DNA of 64,000 nt from Eledone cirrhosa (taxonomy: Eukaryota): contig OZ024750.1 in the NCBI GenBank assembly GCA_964016885.1, forward strand, positions 21,080,001-21,144,000. The letters are read 5' to 3'. The position numbers and the translations under genes were made by a program. Position 1 is the first letter of the stretch; each line of letters begins with the position of its first letter. Below, piece after piece: positions 1 through 14,649 of this stretch. The notes beneath the pieces were generated by a model. It saw only the letters and a program-made list of their open reading frames with translations. It searched no databases and was not told the DNA's origin.

Positions 1-134
1 GTGCATGTATGTATATATATATATATACATACTACTGTACATCTGAATACATATATGTATGTACGTATACATACTTATATTTAAGTAACAGCCGTACTAA
101 GAGTGGGAAATGAAATTTCGTTTCATTTTTTGCG

Positions 135-174
<40 letters not shown>

Positions 175-522
175 AACGCAAAAGCATACATACGTATATA
201 CATTTGTGTATGCGTTTTGTATATTTGTGTAATAATAGTGTCTACCCAGTGATTGCATGTTACTTTCTAATAGGTTTATTTCAACGAAGCTAAAAATGGA
301 AAACAAGTAACTTCTGTATAGAGACCAATATATCTATCTGATATCACTACACACGATACTATTAGCTTGAAGCTAAAAGAAGAAAAAAACAGAGACAATT
401 CTGTTTTTACGTTATTATTTTCCCAAAGGTAAAAAAAAACGAAAATTAGTTTTGGGTTAAAATCGTAACATTTAAAGAGTAACATCAGTGAAATCAGAGC
501 CACTATCTCTCTCCACTCCCCC

Positions 523-949
<427 letters not shown>

Positions 950-988
950 CGTTATTCCGGGTTGAATCGGAGGTAACCACAGTAAGTA
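950..988 (-). mobile_element. Terminal fragment of (TA)n-associated element family E
   Basis: CGTTATTCCGGGTTGAATCGGAGGTAACCACAGTAAGTA recurs at 50714-50752 and, inverted, at about 28735-28774 and 4113-4150, always next to (TA)n-rich tracts. Confidence 0.7.
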
Positions 989-1380
989 TATATATATATT
1001 ATAAGTGTGTGTGTGTGTGTCTGTTTCTGTCTGGGTGTCTGAGAAGGTGGTGGAGTTTGTCATAATAGCAGTAACCAGAACAGAAATTCTAGGTGGTAGT
1101 GATCAAAATATTAATTATATATGAGAATTGAATAGAGTGAGTTTGAAAAAGGAACGAAGCAGACTCACACTGATAAATATTAAACACATAAACACATGAA
1201 TATATTATTATACTGGTTGAAATCATTGCACAACATTCATGTGGGAGAGATGCCTTCAAGATTTCAAACGATCATATTAATGCCATTCGTGATTTATTTT
1301 CAATATTGGTTCTCGTATAAATATATACCCACAGCTCCTGCAATACGGACTTGTGGTAAAAATGCAATCACTAAGGATAG

Positions 1381-2297
<917 letters not shown>

Positions 2298-2617
2298 ATG
2301 TTCTTCATTGTAGCTGCCCCAATATATACCTAATGTGCCCTTAATCAAGTCACACTTTTATGTTTACACCTATAAGTCGATAAAAAAATTATTCTACAAT
2401 CCCACTCCTCAGGTATATATTGATTTTGTTCTGATTTTACACTCAAATCTATCCCTATATATAAAACCATGCCGTTCGATTCTTATCCAATTAACTACTT
2501 CGGAAAGAGATCGATGTAATATGCAGCAGATATAAAATGAACGTATGTACTATGATCACCATAATGGACTAAAACCATTAAGACAACGTCAATTGAAATT
2601 AGTAAAAGAGTACATGC

Positions 2618-3065
<448 letters not shown>

Positions 3066-3098
3066 TACAGTAATCAAAGTTCAGTTTAAGTCATTTAT

Positions 3099-3147
3099 TT
3101 GCTTACAATTGTTTCCTCCAAACCGAGGTTTGGATTCTTCGGAGCAA
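3099..3147 (-). ncRNA. Minimal type I hammerhead motif (family D) with U4C core change
   Basis: The minus strand reads TTGCT-CCGAAGA-A-TCCAAACC-TC-GGTTTGGA-G-GAAA-CAATTG-TA-AGCAA. This gives a perfect 5-bp stem I, an 8-bp inverted repeat as stem II, a palindromic stem III and a GUA triplet. Confidence 0.75.
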
Positions 3148-4157
3148 CTATTTACTGATCTATAAAATACTTGACCTCCTTTTCAACCCAAGAGACACAT
3201 AAACCATATGCGCATATTGATCAACAGTGGGGTGACATTCATCAAATGATATAGCATGGCAATTTACATATAAAGGTTACAGGATAAAAATAATATAAAA
3301 ACAAGAGTGAAAATAAGAGTGAAAATAAAGATAAACATGAAGCGTTGGCAGTCTATGAAGATAAAGCAAGAGGAAAGCTTAGAGTAGTCAGTGTATGAAA
3401 CAATCTCCCGTGTAGCATGCACGCGTGTCTTATTTACACATGATTAGAGTGCGTCAGAATGATATTTGCAGGGTCAGGCAGTTGTAGCAGGCAATCGATC
3501 TTATTATGTAGGCTGAATTATTAAGTCATTTATTCTCATACATCTGTATGATATACAGTCTCGGATGCGGGGAAACACCAAAATATCAAAAACTTTCAAC
3601 ATACTATAAACCTTATTGTATCGTAGGCAAGGCCGTACCACTGTCCTTGCTCACACCACCACTCACATAATCCATGAGACGCAATATATATAGAGAACAC
3701 GCATCTATCGTATAATTCGCGGCGGTTCAGCATATAGTCAAGCTATAAACCGTATCCAGCCGGTTCTTAATTAATATATCATGCTGTCCAGATTCCGGAA
3801 GTGCCTGAATGACTAAGGGGAATTAATGCGTAAGGGGAGGTAACTAGCTAGTTATCTTAGTTACATTACTATCCTAAACTACATTAATGGTGATTCAAAT
3901 ACGTGCCTATCATGTGAAGTTATAACTAATATCTAGAGTATGTTACCCATTTATAGGTTAGAGAGTTGTCCATTAAGAAGTACAAGGGTGTATATATTAG
4001 GATGATTACCATCCATTAATTAGTATATATATATATATATATACTGAGAGAGAGAGAGAGAAGCTGAAGCCATTTCTATAGTAAGCATTTATATTCTGTT
4101 ATATATTTTGTACCTTACTTACTGTGGATAACCCCGATTGAACCAGTGATACACACG

Positions 4158-4208
<51 letters not shown>

Positions 4209-4266
4209 GTGTGTGTGTGTATATACATACATATATAAATATGTATATATATATATATACATATAC

Positions 4267-4368
<102 letters not shown>

Positions 4369-4410
4369 TATTGTGTATATATATATATACACACAAACAC
4401 ACACATATAG

Positions 4411-4563
4411 GACTGCTAATTCTGGACTAGTCTAGAATTAGCCGTCGAAACGGCTTGAGCTCAGCCGTCGGTGTCCTACTCGTTCCTATTCCCCACTCTA
4501 CTACCCTAAGTATTGAGTACTTTGGTGCGTTATGGTCCACCTGGTTCCTTACCACACTTTCTT

Positions 4564-4568
<5 letters not shown>
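4411..4568 (+). mobile_element. Family B element, truncated (3' half of hammerhead plus tail)
   Basis: GAATTAGCCGTCGAAACGGCTTGAGCTCAGCCGTC...CCTGGTTCCTTACCACAC ends in (TA)n. A short inverted copy GACTGCTAATTCTGGACTA lies on the left. Confidence 0.8.
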
Positions 4569-4638
<70 letters not shown>

Positions 4639-4774
4639 TGTGTTTATGTATGTGTGCGTATATATAAATATATATATACAAATTTAGCCATTAATAATAG
4701 CTGATATTAGGAGAAATTGTTTGAAGTGGAGAATTTACCCTTATAATCGTGTCTTTGTATATATGCAAACATCA

Positions 4775-4833
<59 letters not shown>

Positions 4834-5182
4834 ATGATGACGTGGCGGTCGAGCAATGGTTATTTTAGTGAACTATTGACAAGAAAAGTAAATATAAGAA
4901 AAATAAACATTACAACAGCTGCTTTTGTTTGATCGAGGTATTTTTACTTCCATTGGTGTTTCATAGACAGTCATTTGAAAGTTGATAATACCCTGACGGC
5001 AAAAGCCAAGATGAACACACTGTGATTTTAGACGTATTTAAGCTTTCCCGATATATAACATATAGAATTATATTATGGAAATTTAGTGAGCGTCGTTGAA
5101 ATATATATCAATAATATTTGTTTTACATTCCATTCGAAATGGAATGAAATCCTGTTATTAATGATATTTCTATTCTTGTATA

Positions 5183-5228
<46 letters not shown>

Positions 5229-5426
5229 ATATTGTTATACTTCTGGGAGCTCATATTGTTATAATATTGCCAGTAATAATAACAGAACACACTCAATGTC
5301 TGTTTTGGGTTGGTTTTCGCTTTTACATCGTTTATATCTACATATTTAATTTATTTGGTAATCAATGTTTATCATTGATTGACCATCGATTAAAAATACA
5401 GAAATAAATATATATATATATATAGT

Positions 5427-5472
5427 CTATCAAAGTTCTTTCGTCGCAAATCTGCAACACCATCAGTGATAG
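5427..5472 (-). ncRNA. Minimal hammerhead-like motif (family F), degenerate
   Basis: The minus strand reads CTATCA-CTGATGG-T-GTTGCA-GATT-TGCGAC-GAAA-GAAC-TT-TGATAG with a 6-bp stem I. The second copy at about 33236-33281 has core CGGATGA, so the two-copy consensus is CTGATGA. Confidence 0.5.
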
Positions 5473-6038
5473 TATTATATTTCCTCGTGGTTATGCCTAC
5501 GCCATTGCGGATATTTCTGAAAAACAATTTGAAGTGGGTTACTCGAGAAGGCAAAACCTGGCGTATCTTACTCGAACAGTACGATTTATCAGAATGTTAT
5601 CGATAGAGGACATAGCCCCTTTCCACTCCTTACTTCCTTGATTCCTGGCGACAAAAGGGTTTGAGTTATACTTACGCCTAGAATTACTAAAAGACAATAG
5701 AATCCGCTAAAGTCTGACATAATCCATGCTGTACTATAAAGTGCGTACGTAAATATTATATAAATGATATAATATATATAAATGTATTTATTTCTGTGTG
5801 TGAATGTATGCATATATATAATACACATGCACACATATATTTTATCACGACTCAGTTTAATCTGCAGTGGTACACCTGGAATACCCCGGTATGAAAAGGA
5901 TTTGGGAAACTAGGAGTCTTCAATGTAGAAATCTGCTTTGGAGTTTTTGTTTGGCGTGTGCGTGAGTGAAAGTAATAATGATGTGAATGTTTGAGCACTG
6001 CCTACGTACATCAATATCGGATTTGCTCGCAATATATG

Positions 6039-6072
<34 letters not shown>

Positions 6073-6087
6073 CGGTCTTCGAAGCAG

Positions 6088-6138
<51 letters not shown>

Positions 6139-6677
6139 ATGTGTGTGTGTATGTGTGTGTATCTATGTATGTGTATGGGGGGGGGGGGGGTAGTGTGTGT
6201 TTATATATATACGCGCCAATATAAATATATGCATTGCCATGAGACGGCTAGACTTACCAAACAACGGATGTTTGGAATCTTCTCAACAAGGAAGCATATA
6301 CTTACAATTTGGCATTAGGGAAAGAAAATAAAGTGAGCAGACGACCTCTATGTTAGTATTAAGTGTACATTAACAACATATAGTTGAAATGTACTTAGAT
6401 CTGTGAAGTCTTTCCTCGTTTTTCATTATTGTTTTCTTATTTCTTCCTCATGATAGATTTTCACTTTAGTATTTTCAAGGTTTGAGAATGTTTTATTTTT
6501 ATATTCTCATTTCCTGTTTCATTTCCACACCGTAGACGATAGTAACGCCATAGGAACCCTGATGGCTCATTATTAGCTTCGTCAACCAGAATAAAGTTTG
6601 GTGGTTTCGACGTACCGAGAAGAGGGAAACGTTTGGTCAAAAGGGGATAAAAGCAAAACCAGATGAAAAATTAAATA

Positions 6678-6730
<53 letters not shown>

Positions 6731-6850
6731 ACGTGTGGCTGGGTGTGTGTGTGTGTTTGTGTGTGTGTGTGCGTGGCTGTGTGTGTGGCTGTGTCTGTCT
6801 GCCTGTGTCTGTGTGTGCGTGTGTGTATATGTGCGTGTATATGTATATAT

Positions 6851-6929
<79 letters not shown>

Positions 6930-6931
<2 letters not shown>

Positions 6932-7150
6932 CGAAGGAAATGTGGTAAGGAACCAGGTGGACCATAACGCACCAAAGTACTTAATACTTAGGGTAGTAGA
7001 GCGGGTAATAGGAACGAGTAGGACCCCGACGGCTGAGCTCAAGCCGTTTCGACGGCTAATTCTGGACTAAATGAATATTTTTATCCTGGTATATGAATAG
7101 CCAAGCTTCTCAGGGGGTAATTCCATATATGGTAAAAGTGATTGTCACAA
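6930..7150 (-). mobile_element. Family B element with complete hammerhead region
   Basis: Homologous to 9847-10062 and begins at (TA)n. The minus-strand core reads ACCCC-CTGAGAA. Confidence 0.8.
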
Positions 7151-7470
7151 GGATCTTCAGCTCGTAATACTCGCAATATGTAAATTTCGAATTATAATTA
7201 AATTAAGTGATCATGTTTGCATAAAATAAAATGTGCTGCACAATAACCATATCGCTATAGTAGCATTTTTATGACATCGTTGCTATCAATATAGAGAAAG
7301 GTGATGGTGGCCAGTATTTAAGCGCTACATTGAGAATAAACTTCTGTGATTTTAGTTGGGTGTTTAGTTGTAATTCCTGTTTCTGTTCGAAGCAATATGA
7401 TCAACTGATTCGGAATTTCGATTCACATTCATGACAGACATGTTTGGGGCCATTATATATAACTTTAACA

Positions 7471-7663
7471 GCGGTGGAATTGCAGTATCGGTAGAGGCTC
7501 GGACTCCATGCATAGAGTTACGACCCTAGAGTTACGACCCTTGTCATTCTGAGTTCAAATCCCGTCGATGTTAGGTTTGCCCTTCATCCTACGGAGTCGA
7601 TAGAATAAAGTACCAGTAAAGCACTGGGATAATTGCTGGTCTTGTGCCAAAAGTATAAACAAG
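7471..7663 (+). mobile_element. tRNA-derived SINE (main family)
   Basis: A-box-like TGCAGTATCGG, B-box GAGTTCAAATCC, core TTCATCCT..GTCGATA..AAAGTACCAG, 3' end CTTGTGCC..AAAC. Confidence 0.85.
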
Positions 7664-9020
7664 TATATGTAACTTAAACATTGCCTTAATCTGATCTAAG
7701 ACCTGTGATTTAGATTTGTTAGCAGGAAATATATCGAATCTTCTTTGAACAGATTATACCTGTATTTCAAATAACCATCCTGCTCATCCACTGTGTAATG
7801 CTGAATCTGCCTCTGAATTATAACAATGCCACATATGTCTGTGGAATACTCACCCACATATATTGAAGTTTCTTACATTCGGAATAAAGGCATTTATTCT
7901 GTTGATCGTACGGTTATACAATTTCGTTGCCTTACCAAGATGTATATATGATGTTAATTCACATTCCGTTTTTCTTGAGATTCAAGTAATTAGTCGAGAT
8001 ATCAAACATAACCACGTGTTTCAAACAGTGTTCATGCCGTATTTTTTTATGAATTGTATTTATTGTTTATTTTTCTGTTTTCCACTTTAACTATCTCAGG
8101 TTTGCATTAAATTTCACTCACTTTAATGTAACATAAAACGTTAGATCACACTTGAAAAATCTTATTCGTGATTGGTTTCTTTTCTCGTCTTACATCACCG
8201 TCTCACATCTCTTATCACTACTATGTTTGTGTCATTTTTCACACAATACCGCCCCCTCTCATCATATTTTTGTATCAACTAGAAGCAACGTTAATGGAAG
8301 TATCTTGATAATTTTGGGTCGTTGGCGATTCATTCAATTTCAATATGATGACATCCTTCAATCTCACTAATGCCTGATTTTTTTATTGCCTGATTTTTTG
8401 ATTTTTTTTACTTCAACCAACTTCTTCCTTTTTAATTCAACAATAAACAATTTCTATATCTTTCTATACTTTATTTTGCCATAGTGTTTCTCTTCCACTT
8501 CAATCAACTCCCAATAGCCCTAAAGGCGCGAGCTTGTGAAAATATATCATATTATCTCTTTTCATTTCCAAGTATTACTAATGCTTCTATCATTTCATTT
8601 CTTATTTTAATAAAGACTTCGCATACTTTTTATTTATATAGCAATTCCCTTAATACATTTACAATTGTATTTATTTCCTTGTTGATTGTATTTCCTCCTG
8701 TAATTTTATTTTCTGTTCCACGTTTATGACAGTGTGTTTCTTGTTACATGTCATATCCAATAGAATTATTCGATATCAGCCAGCGAGAAATGACGCCATG
8801 TTTGCTATTCTCATGTATCTTTTTTATTATATGCTCTTCTCTCAACAAATCATATTTTCATGCATCTTAAATCCCTCTTATTCAAAATCCCTCGTATTTT
8901 TCATGGTAAAGCAGAGAAGAAAACAATGGGATATATTCATTCATGATAATATAGAACTGTTGCGTAAGGTATGAGATATCTCTCTCAAAGTTGCAGTTAG
9001 GTGGCATATTAAATAATAAG

Positions 9021-9058
<38 letters not shown>

Positions 9059-9059
9059 A

Positions 9060-9570
<511 letters not shown>

Positions 9571-9578
9571 ATATATAA

Positions 9579-9616
<38 letters not shown>

Positions 9617-9657
9617 CTGTGTTTGTATATATATATATATATGCATATATATATGTA

Positions 9658-9695
<38 letters not shown>

Positions 9696-9705
9696 TATAT
9701 ATATG

Positions 9706-9836
<131 letters not shown>

Positions 9837-9939
9837 ATATATATATAACGAAGGAAATGTGGTAAGGAACCAGGTGGACCATAACGCACCAAAGTACTCA
9901 ATACTTGAGGTAGTAGAGTGGGTAATAGGAACCAGTAAG

Positions 9940-10033
9940 ACCCCGACAGCTGAGCTCAAGCCGTTTCGACGGCTAATTCTGGACTAAATGAAAATTTATC
10001 CTGGTATTTAAATAGCCGATCTTCTCAAGGGGT
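9940..10033 (-). ncRNA. Type I hammerhead motif, U3-A8 variant (family B, left arm)
   Basis: Reverse complement of 10582-10675. Confidence 0.7.
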
Positions 10034-10581
10034 AATTCCATATATGGTCAAAGTGATTGTCAAAAATCAGTAGTAATTCTGTGGTTGCGAATTAGTAGGG
10101 GAGATGGTGGCTAAACCTGCCAGTAGGAGAAAGAGGGGAGGGGGTGGAGTAGACCCAATCAAGCGTTGGTAGTGCCAGCTACAGCTGGGCATGAGGTCAA
10201 AGAAGATACAGGGGAGGGGGAGGGGGAGGAAGTCGGAACGGTAGGTAGAACAATGGGGGGTAGAAATAGGAAAGAAAAAAAAATACTGAGAGTGAAGAAA
10301 GGCAAATAAGTGTAAAGAAAAGTAAAGTAAATTAAATTCTACGACCTAGGTGTCAGGCTATTGTTAGGCGAGAATAAAATAAAGAAAGAAAGAAAGAAGT
10401 AAAAAAATAAATAAATGACCTCATGCCCAGCTGTAGCTGGCACTACCAACGCTTGATTGGGTCTACTCCACCCCCTCCCCTCTTTCTCCTACTGGCAGGT
10501 TTAGCCACCATCTCCCCTACTAATTTGCAACCACAGAATTACTACTGATTTTTGACAATCACTTTGACCATATATGGAATT

Positions 10582-10675
10582 ACCCCTTGAGAAGATCGGC
10601 TATTTAAATACCAGGATAAATTTTCATTTAGTCCAGAATTAGCCGTCGAAACGGCTTGAGCTCAGCTGTCGGGGT
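10582..10675 (+). ncRNA. Type I hammerhead motif, U3-A8 variant (family B, right arm)
   Basis: Stem I ACCCC 10582-86 / GGGGT 10671-75. Core TTGAGAA 10587-93. Stem II GA(T)CGGCTA / TAGCCGTC. GAAA 10648-51. Stem III CGGCT/AGCTG. GUC triplet, predicted cut after 10670. Confidence 0.7.
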
Positions 10676-10687
10676 CTTACTGGTTCC

Positions 10688-10689
<2 letters not shown>

Positions 10690-10766
<77 letters not shown>

Positions 10767-10769
10767 ATT

Positions 10770-10805
<36 letters not shown>

Positions 10806-10806
10806 A

Positions 10807-10877
<71 letters not shown>

Positions 10878-10902
10878 TACACATATATATATATATATAC
10901 AT
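10690..10902. repeat. (TA)n microsatellite
   Basis: Direct inspection. Confidence 0.95.
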
Positions 10903-11500
10903 AACGCAGTTCAACAAACAGTTATATTCGGTATAGCGCACTATCAATTCAATTGCATACTACCTGTTTTCTCTGCATACAACAAAATACAAGAACTACG
11001 TCTTATTCTACGGAATCATTACACAACGAAATAATGTCTAACACGTCTCACGCAATATATATAAGCCAGAGAGCAGAAAAGAAATCACTCAACAGATATT
11101 GCAGAGATTATACACAATATATTCAAATAACTTCAGAAACTAAAGTGTAAAGCAAAATATCGAGACACTGTAAATGAAGTTTTGAAACAGTTGTTTACTT
11201 TCTCACGCCAGAGACAGGGAGATATATATGATGATGTTTTAAAAACTCAAGGATGAAAGAGTAAATATGATGATAAGAACGATAGTCATGTGATGAAAAT
11301 CTTAAAATTTAACAGCAGGAATATTACAAATGAACCCAGTCAAATAAAGATCTCATTGGAACAAGATGTGATGCTGCAAAAGGTCATATGGCAGTCAAAA
11401 TCTTCAAATCGAAAGGTGATGCAATAAACATATAAACATCGCACCCCTGATTAAGAATCCCAGTGCGCTTAAAACACAACTGCGTCATACTGTAAATAAC

Positions 11501-11645
11501 ATAATTGTTTCCACATTTGGCACAAGGCCAGCAATTACCAACTGCATTACTGGTACTTTATTTTAACGACCCCGTAAGGATGAAAGGCAAAGTTAACTTC
11601 GGCGGGATTTGAACTCAGAATGGCAGGGGCCGTAACTCTATGCGC
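11501..11645 (-). mobile_element. SINE main family, 5'-truncated
   Basis: Reverse complement of the consensus from the B-box region to the AAACAATTAT tail. Confidence 0.85.
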
Positions 11646-12353
11646 TGAAAAGATAATAATGAATCAATAGCTGAGATTGTCGTATTATGTCAATTGCATG
11701 TTAATGTTACATTAGTATGAAGCTAAGAAAGTCGAATAATATACACATGTTTCCAGAACGTTCATTGCATTTGTCAGAAACGAGTCCCACACTTCACTCA
11801 TCAATCAATTATACAATACTTGACAATAATTATTCTTCACACTAATTATTTTTTGTCATTGCGTTCGTAATTTTAAGAGATAATTGGGCTCACAACATGA
11901 AATGTGGTAATCAACAATTTGTAATATACATTATTAGATTTGCGCATTATTCTAGTCCATAACTCTATCATGTGCGATATCAGGGCGGTGACCTTAAACT
12001 GTTATTTTAATGGATCATAAACGAGTCTATATATATATAGTCGAATTTATTCGAATAGCATGTAATAGCATACTGCTTTATATGGAAGCTAGGCAACCAA
12101 ACTACGCAACTTTAAAACTGAAACAGAATTTAAATAGATAAAAACGTTTCAAAGACACTATTTATATCTCATCGATCAATTTTAGGATTTACAACAGAAT
12201 TCACTAAAACTTGGTCAATCTGGAAGCAGAGTGAAATATATATTGTCTGTCTAAAACATATGTCACTTTAAGTATGCAAATACAGTATAATATAGGGTCC
12301 AATATATATATACATATGTATATATGTATGTATCTATGTTTGTATGTATGTAA

Positions 12354-12409
<56 letters not shown>

Positions 12410-13084
12410 TGTGTGTGTATATATATATATATGTGTATATATATATGTGTGTGTGTGTGCGTTATTTTGCGTTCTTTTCTTCATTACATACACTAGAATG
12501 TCTCAATTATACTTCAGAATTTTCTGTTGATTAATGGTAAATAAATAACAAAGAAGTTGTAACTACAGGTACTAGCGTAGAACAAAGTCTCGTCAGCGAT
12601 TCTGTAATTTATCGACTTTCTTCAATGTTGAAATTCACATCATTGTTTTAATGATTTTGTCTTTTGTCATTTTACCTAATTTTGTTTTCCTCTTATGTTT
12701 TGTTATGCATAATATATTTGAACGGATCAGCTTAGATTCTTTGCAAAACAATTTGAAATATTTGTTGTAGTATATTTTTATTCATTACATTAAATTTATG
12801 TTTGCAAATACTTTAACAGTCTGACAATTAACAGGATAATGAAAGTGAAAGTACATGATTAATATATCAAGCCACCACTTATATTGGCACTCTAAAACAG
12901 GGAAAATTAAATTGCTAAAATAGTAAAGTACTGAAGATTCAATTTTTCATAATCTATATTAAAATGATGATAGGAATGATAAATAAAACACCATAACTTC
13001 CACTGTGATAAAAAGTAATTCAACCTACATTATAAACGAATAATGGAATGTGTCTACGTCGACTTTAGAAATGGGTGTTCAATG

Positions 13085-13250
13085 AACAGAGCCACCATCT
13101 CATAAACATAGCGTGTAAGTGGCTTGGAATTCTACAGTCACGTGAACAGTTAAGGTATGTCTCAGGGAGATTCATCGTGACTGAATGTATGAGAAGGCTG
13201 GAGCTTTGAATTAAAGGTAGAATTCATTCGACGGGCTTTCAAGAAAATTG
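13085..13250 (-). mobile_element. Old second SINE family fragment (CORE-like)
   Basis: AAGTGGCT..CTCAGGGAGATTCA.CGTGAC..AAGGCTGG..CTTTGAATTA.AGGTA. Similar diverged pieces lie near 7750-7865, 22560-22780 and 62980-63100. Confidence 0.5.
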
Positions 13251-13776
13251 TGTCTACATAATTTTACTCTCAAGATATATATCAACGCGTGGTTATGGTA
13301 AATGTCACTTACCCAAGATATCGAACTCGGTACCTAACGATTGCGAATCCAACGTCTGAACCACCGACCACTCTTCGTCCACAACACAGTATTATTACCA
13401 ATAAATATGCCTTTACTACGTTTAGCTTTATTTAAATGTATAGACACATGGCGAAAGGGATAGGGTTGTTGGATTCACCATCATAAATTTGTTCGATTTC
13501 CAAATGCTGTTCCAATACTTGTCCTTGTGCGAATGCACTTCCTTTCACGTTGCTCAGGTTCATTGAACTAGCACAGATTACCAGGGGTTGCTAGAGATTG
13601 GCCCTGTAAGTGATTGACGTCACTTGCCTTGGGATGTTTTGTATTCTCGATCTCTTAACATCCATGTAAAACGAGTAATATCCGAGGTTCTTCAACACGA
13701 GAATGCATATAAAAATAGACATAAAACGCTAAACCTAACTATTATGGTCTAATATTATTTATATTACGACCTATAA

Positions 13777-14325
13777 GGGCGATGGATTGGCAATATCGGT
13801 AGAGAGTCGGACACCATGTTTTGAAGCTTAGAGTTACGTCCCTTAATGATCTGAGTTCAAATCCCGCCGCCGAGGTTAACTTTGCCTTTTACCTTACGGG
13901 CTCGATAAAATAAAGTACCAGTCACGCGCTGGTGTCGATTTAATCGACTCCCCCCTAAATTGCTGGCCTTGTGCCTATATAAGAAACCATTATTTATATT
14001 ATGACTCTTTAAGGTCTGAGTTCAAATCCCGCCGAGGTTAACTTTGCCTTTCATCCTTACAGGGTCGATAAAATAAAGTACCAGTAATTTACTGGGTTAT
14101 TTGCTAGCCTTGTGCCAAAAGTAGAAACAATTATTTATATATTCGAAAGGGGGTGGATTGGCAGTGTCGGTAGAGGGTCGGACGTCATGCTTTAACGCAT
14201 AGAGTTACGGCCCTTTCCATTCTGAGTTCAAATCCCGCCGAGATCAACTTTGCCTTTCATCCTTACTGGGTCGATAAAATACTGGGTAATTGCTGGCCTT
14301 GTGCCAAAAAGTAGAAACAATTATT
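13777..14325 (+). mobile_element. Three head-to-tail SINE copies (13777-13995, 14013-14135, 14149-14325)
   Basis: Each has a B-box and core, and each is followed by TTATTTATAT. Confidence 0.9.
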
Positions 14326-14649
14326 TATATATTCGAAATGTTATCGCTTACTAATATTTTTTTCATTTTATACCAGGTAAAATCGATGTATTTATATTAA
14401 ACTATGCAATATTATTGAATATATCTAATAACCTTATCTACTAGCATCTACTTGACGATTTCATATTTTAAATACTGTATATGAAATATACTACTAACAC
14501 AGCTACTTTTAATAACAATAATACTAATAATGATAATAATAATAATTGTTTCCATTTTATGCAAAAGGCCAGCAATTTGGTGGGAGAGAAAAGTCGATTA
14601 AATCCACCCCAGTGCAGAGAGAGAAAGAGAGATTGAGAGAGAGAGAAAA

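Larger units (their letters stand above)
9847..10690. mobile_element. Family B fold-back element (longest copy)
   Basis: Near-identical inverted arms 9925-10199 and 10416-10690 (~275 bp), a purine-rich spacer, and a tail at 9847-9924 on one side only. (TA)n flanks. Confidence 0.85.

Noticed and set aside
13777-14325. CRISPR-like repeat-spacer appearance
   Set aside because: The units are SINE copies in eukaryotic DNA, with no regular repeat/spacer period and no cas genes.
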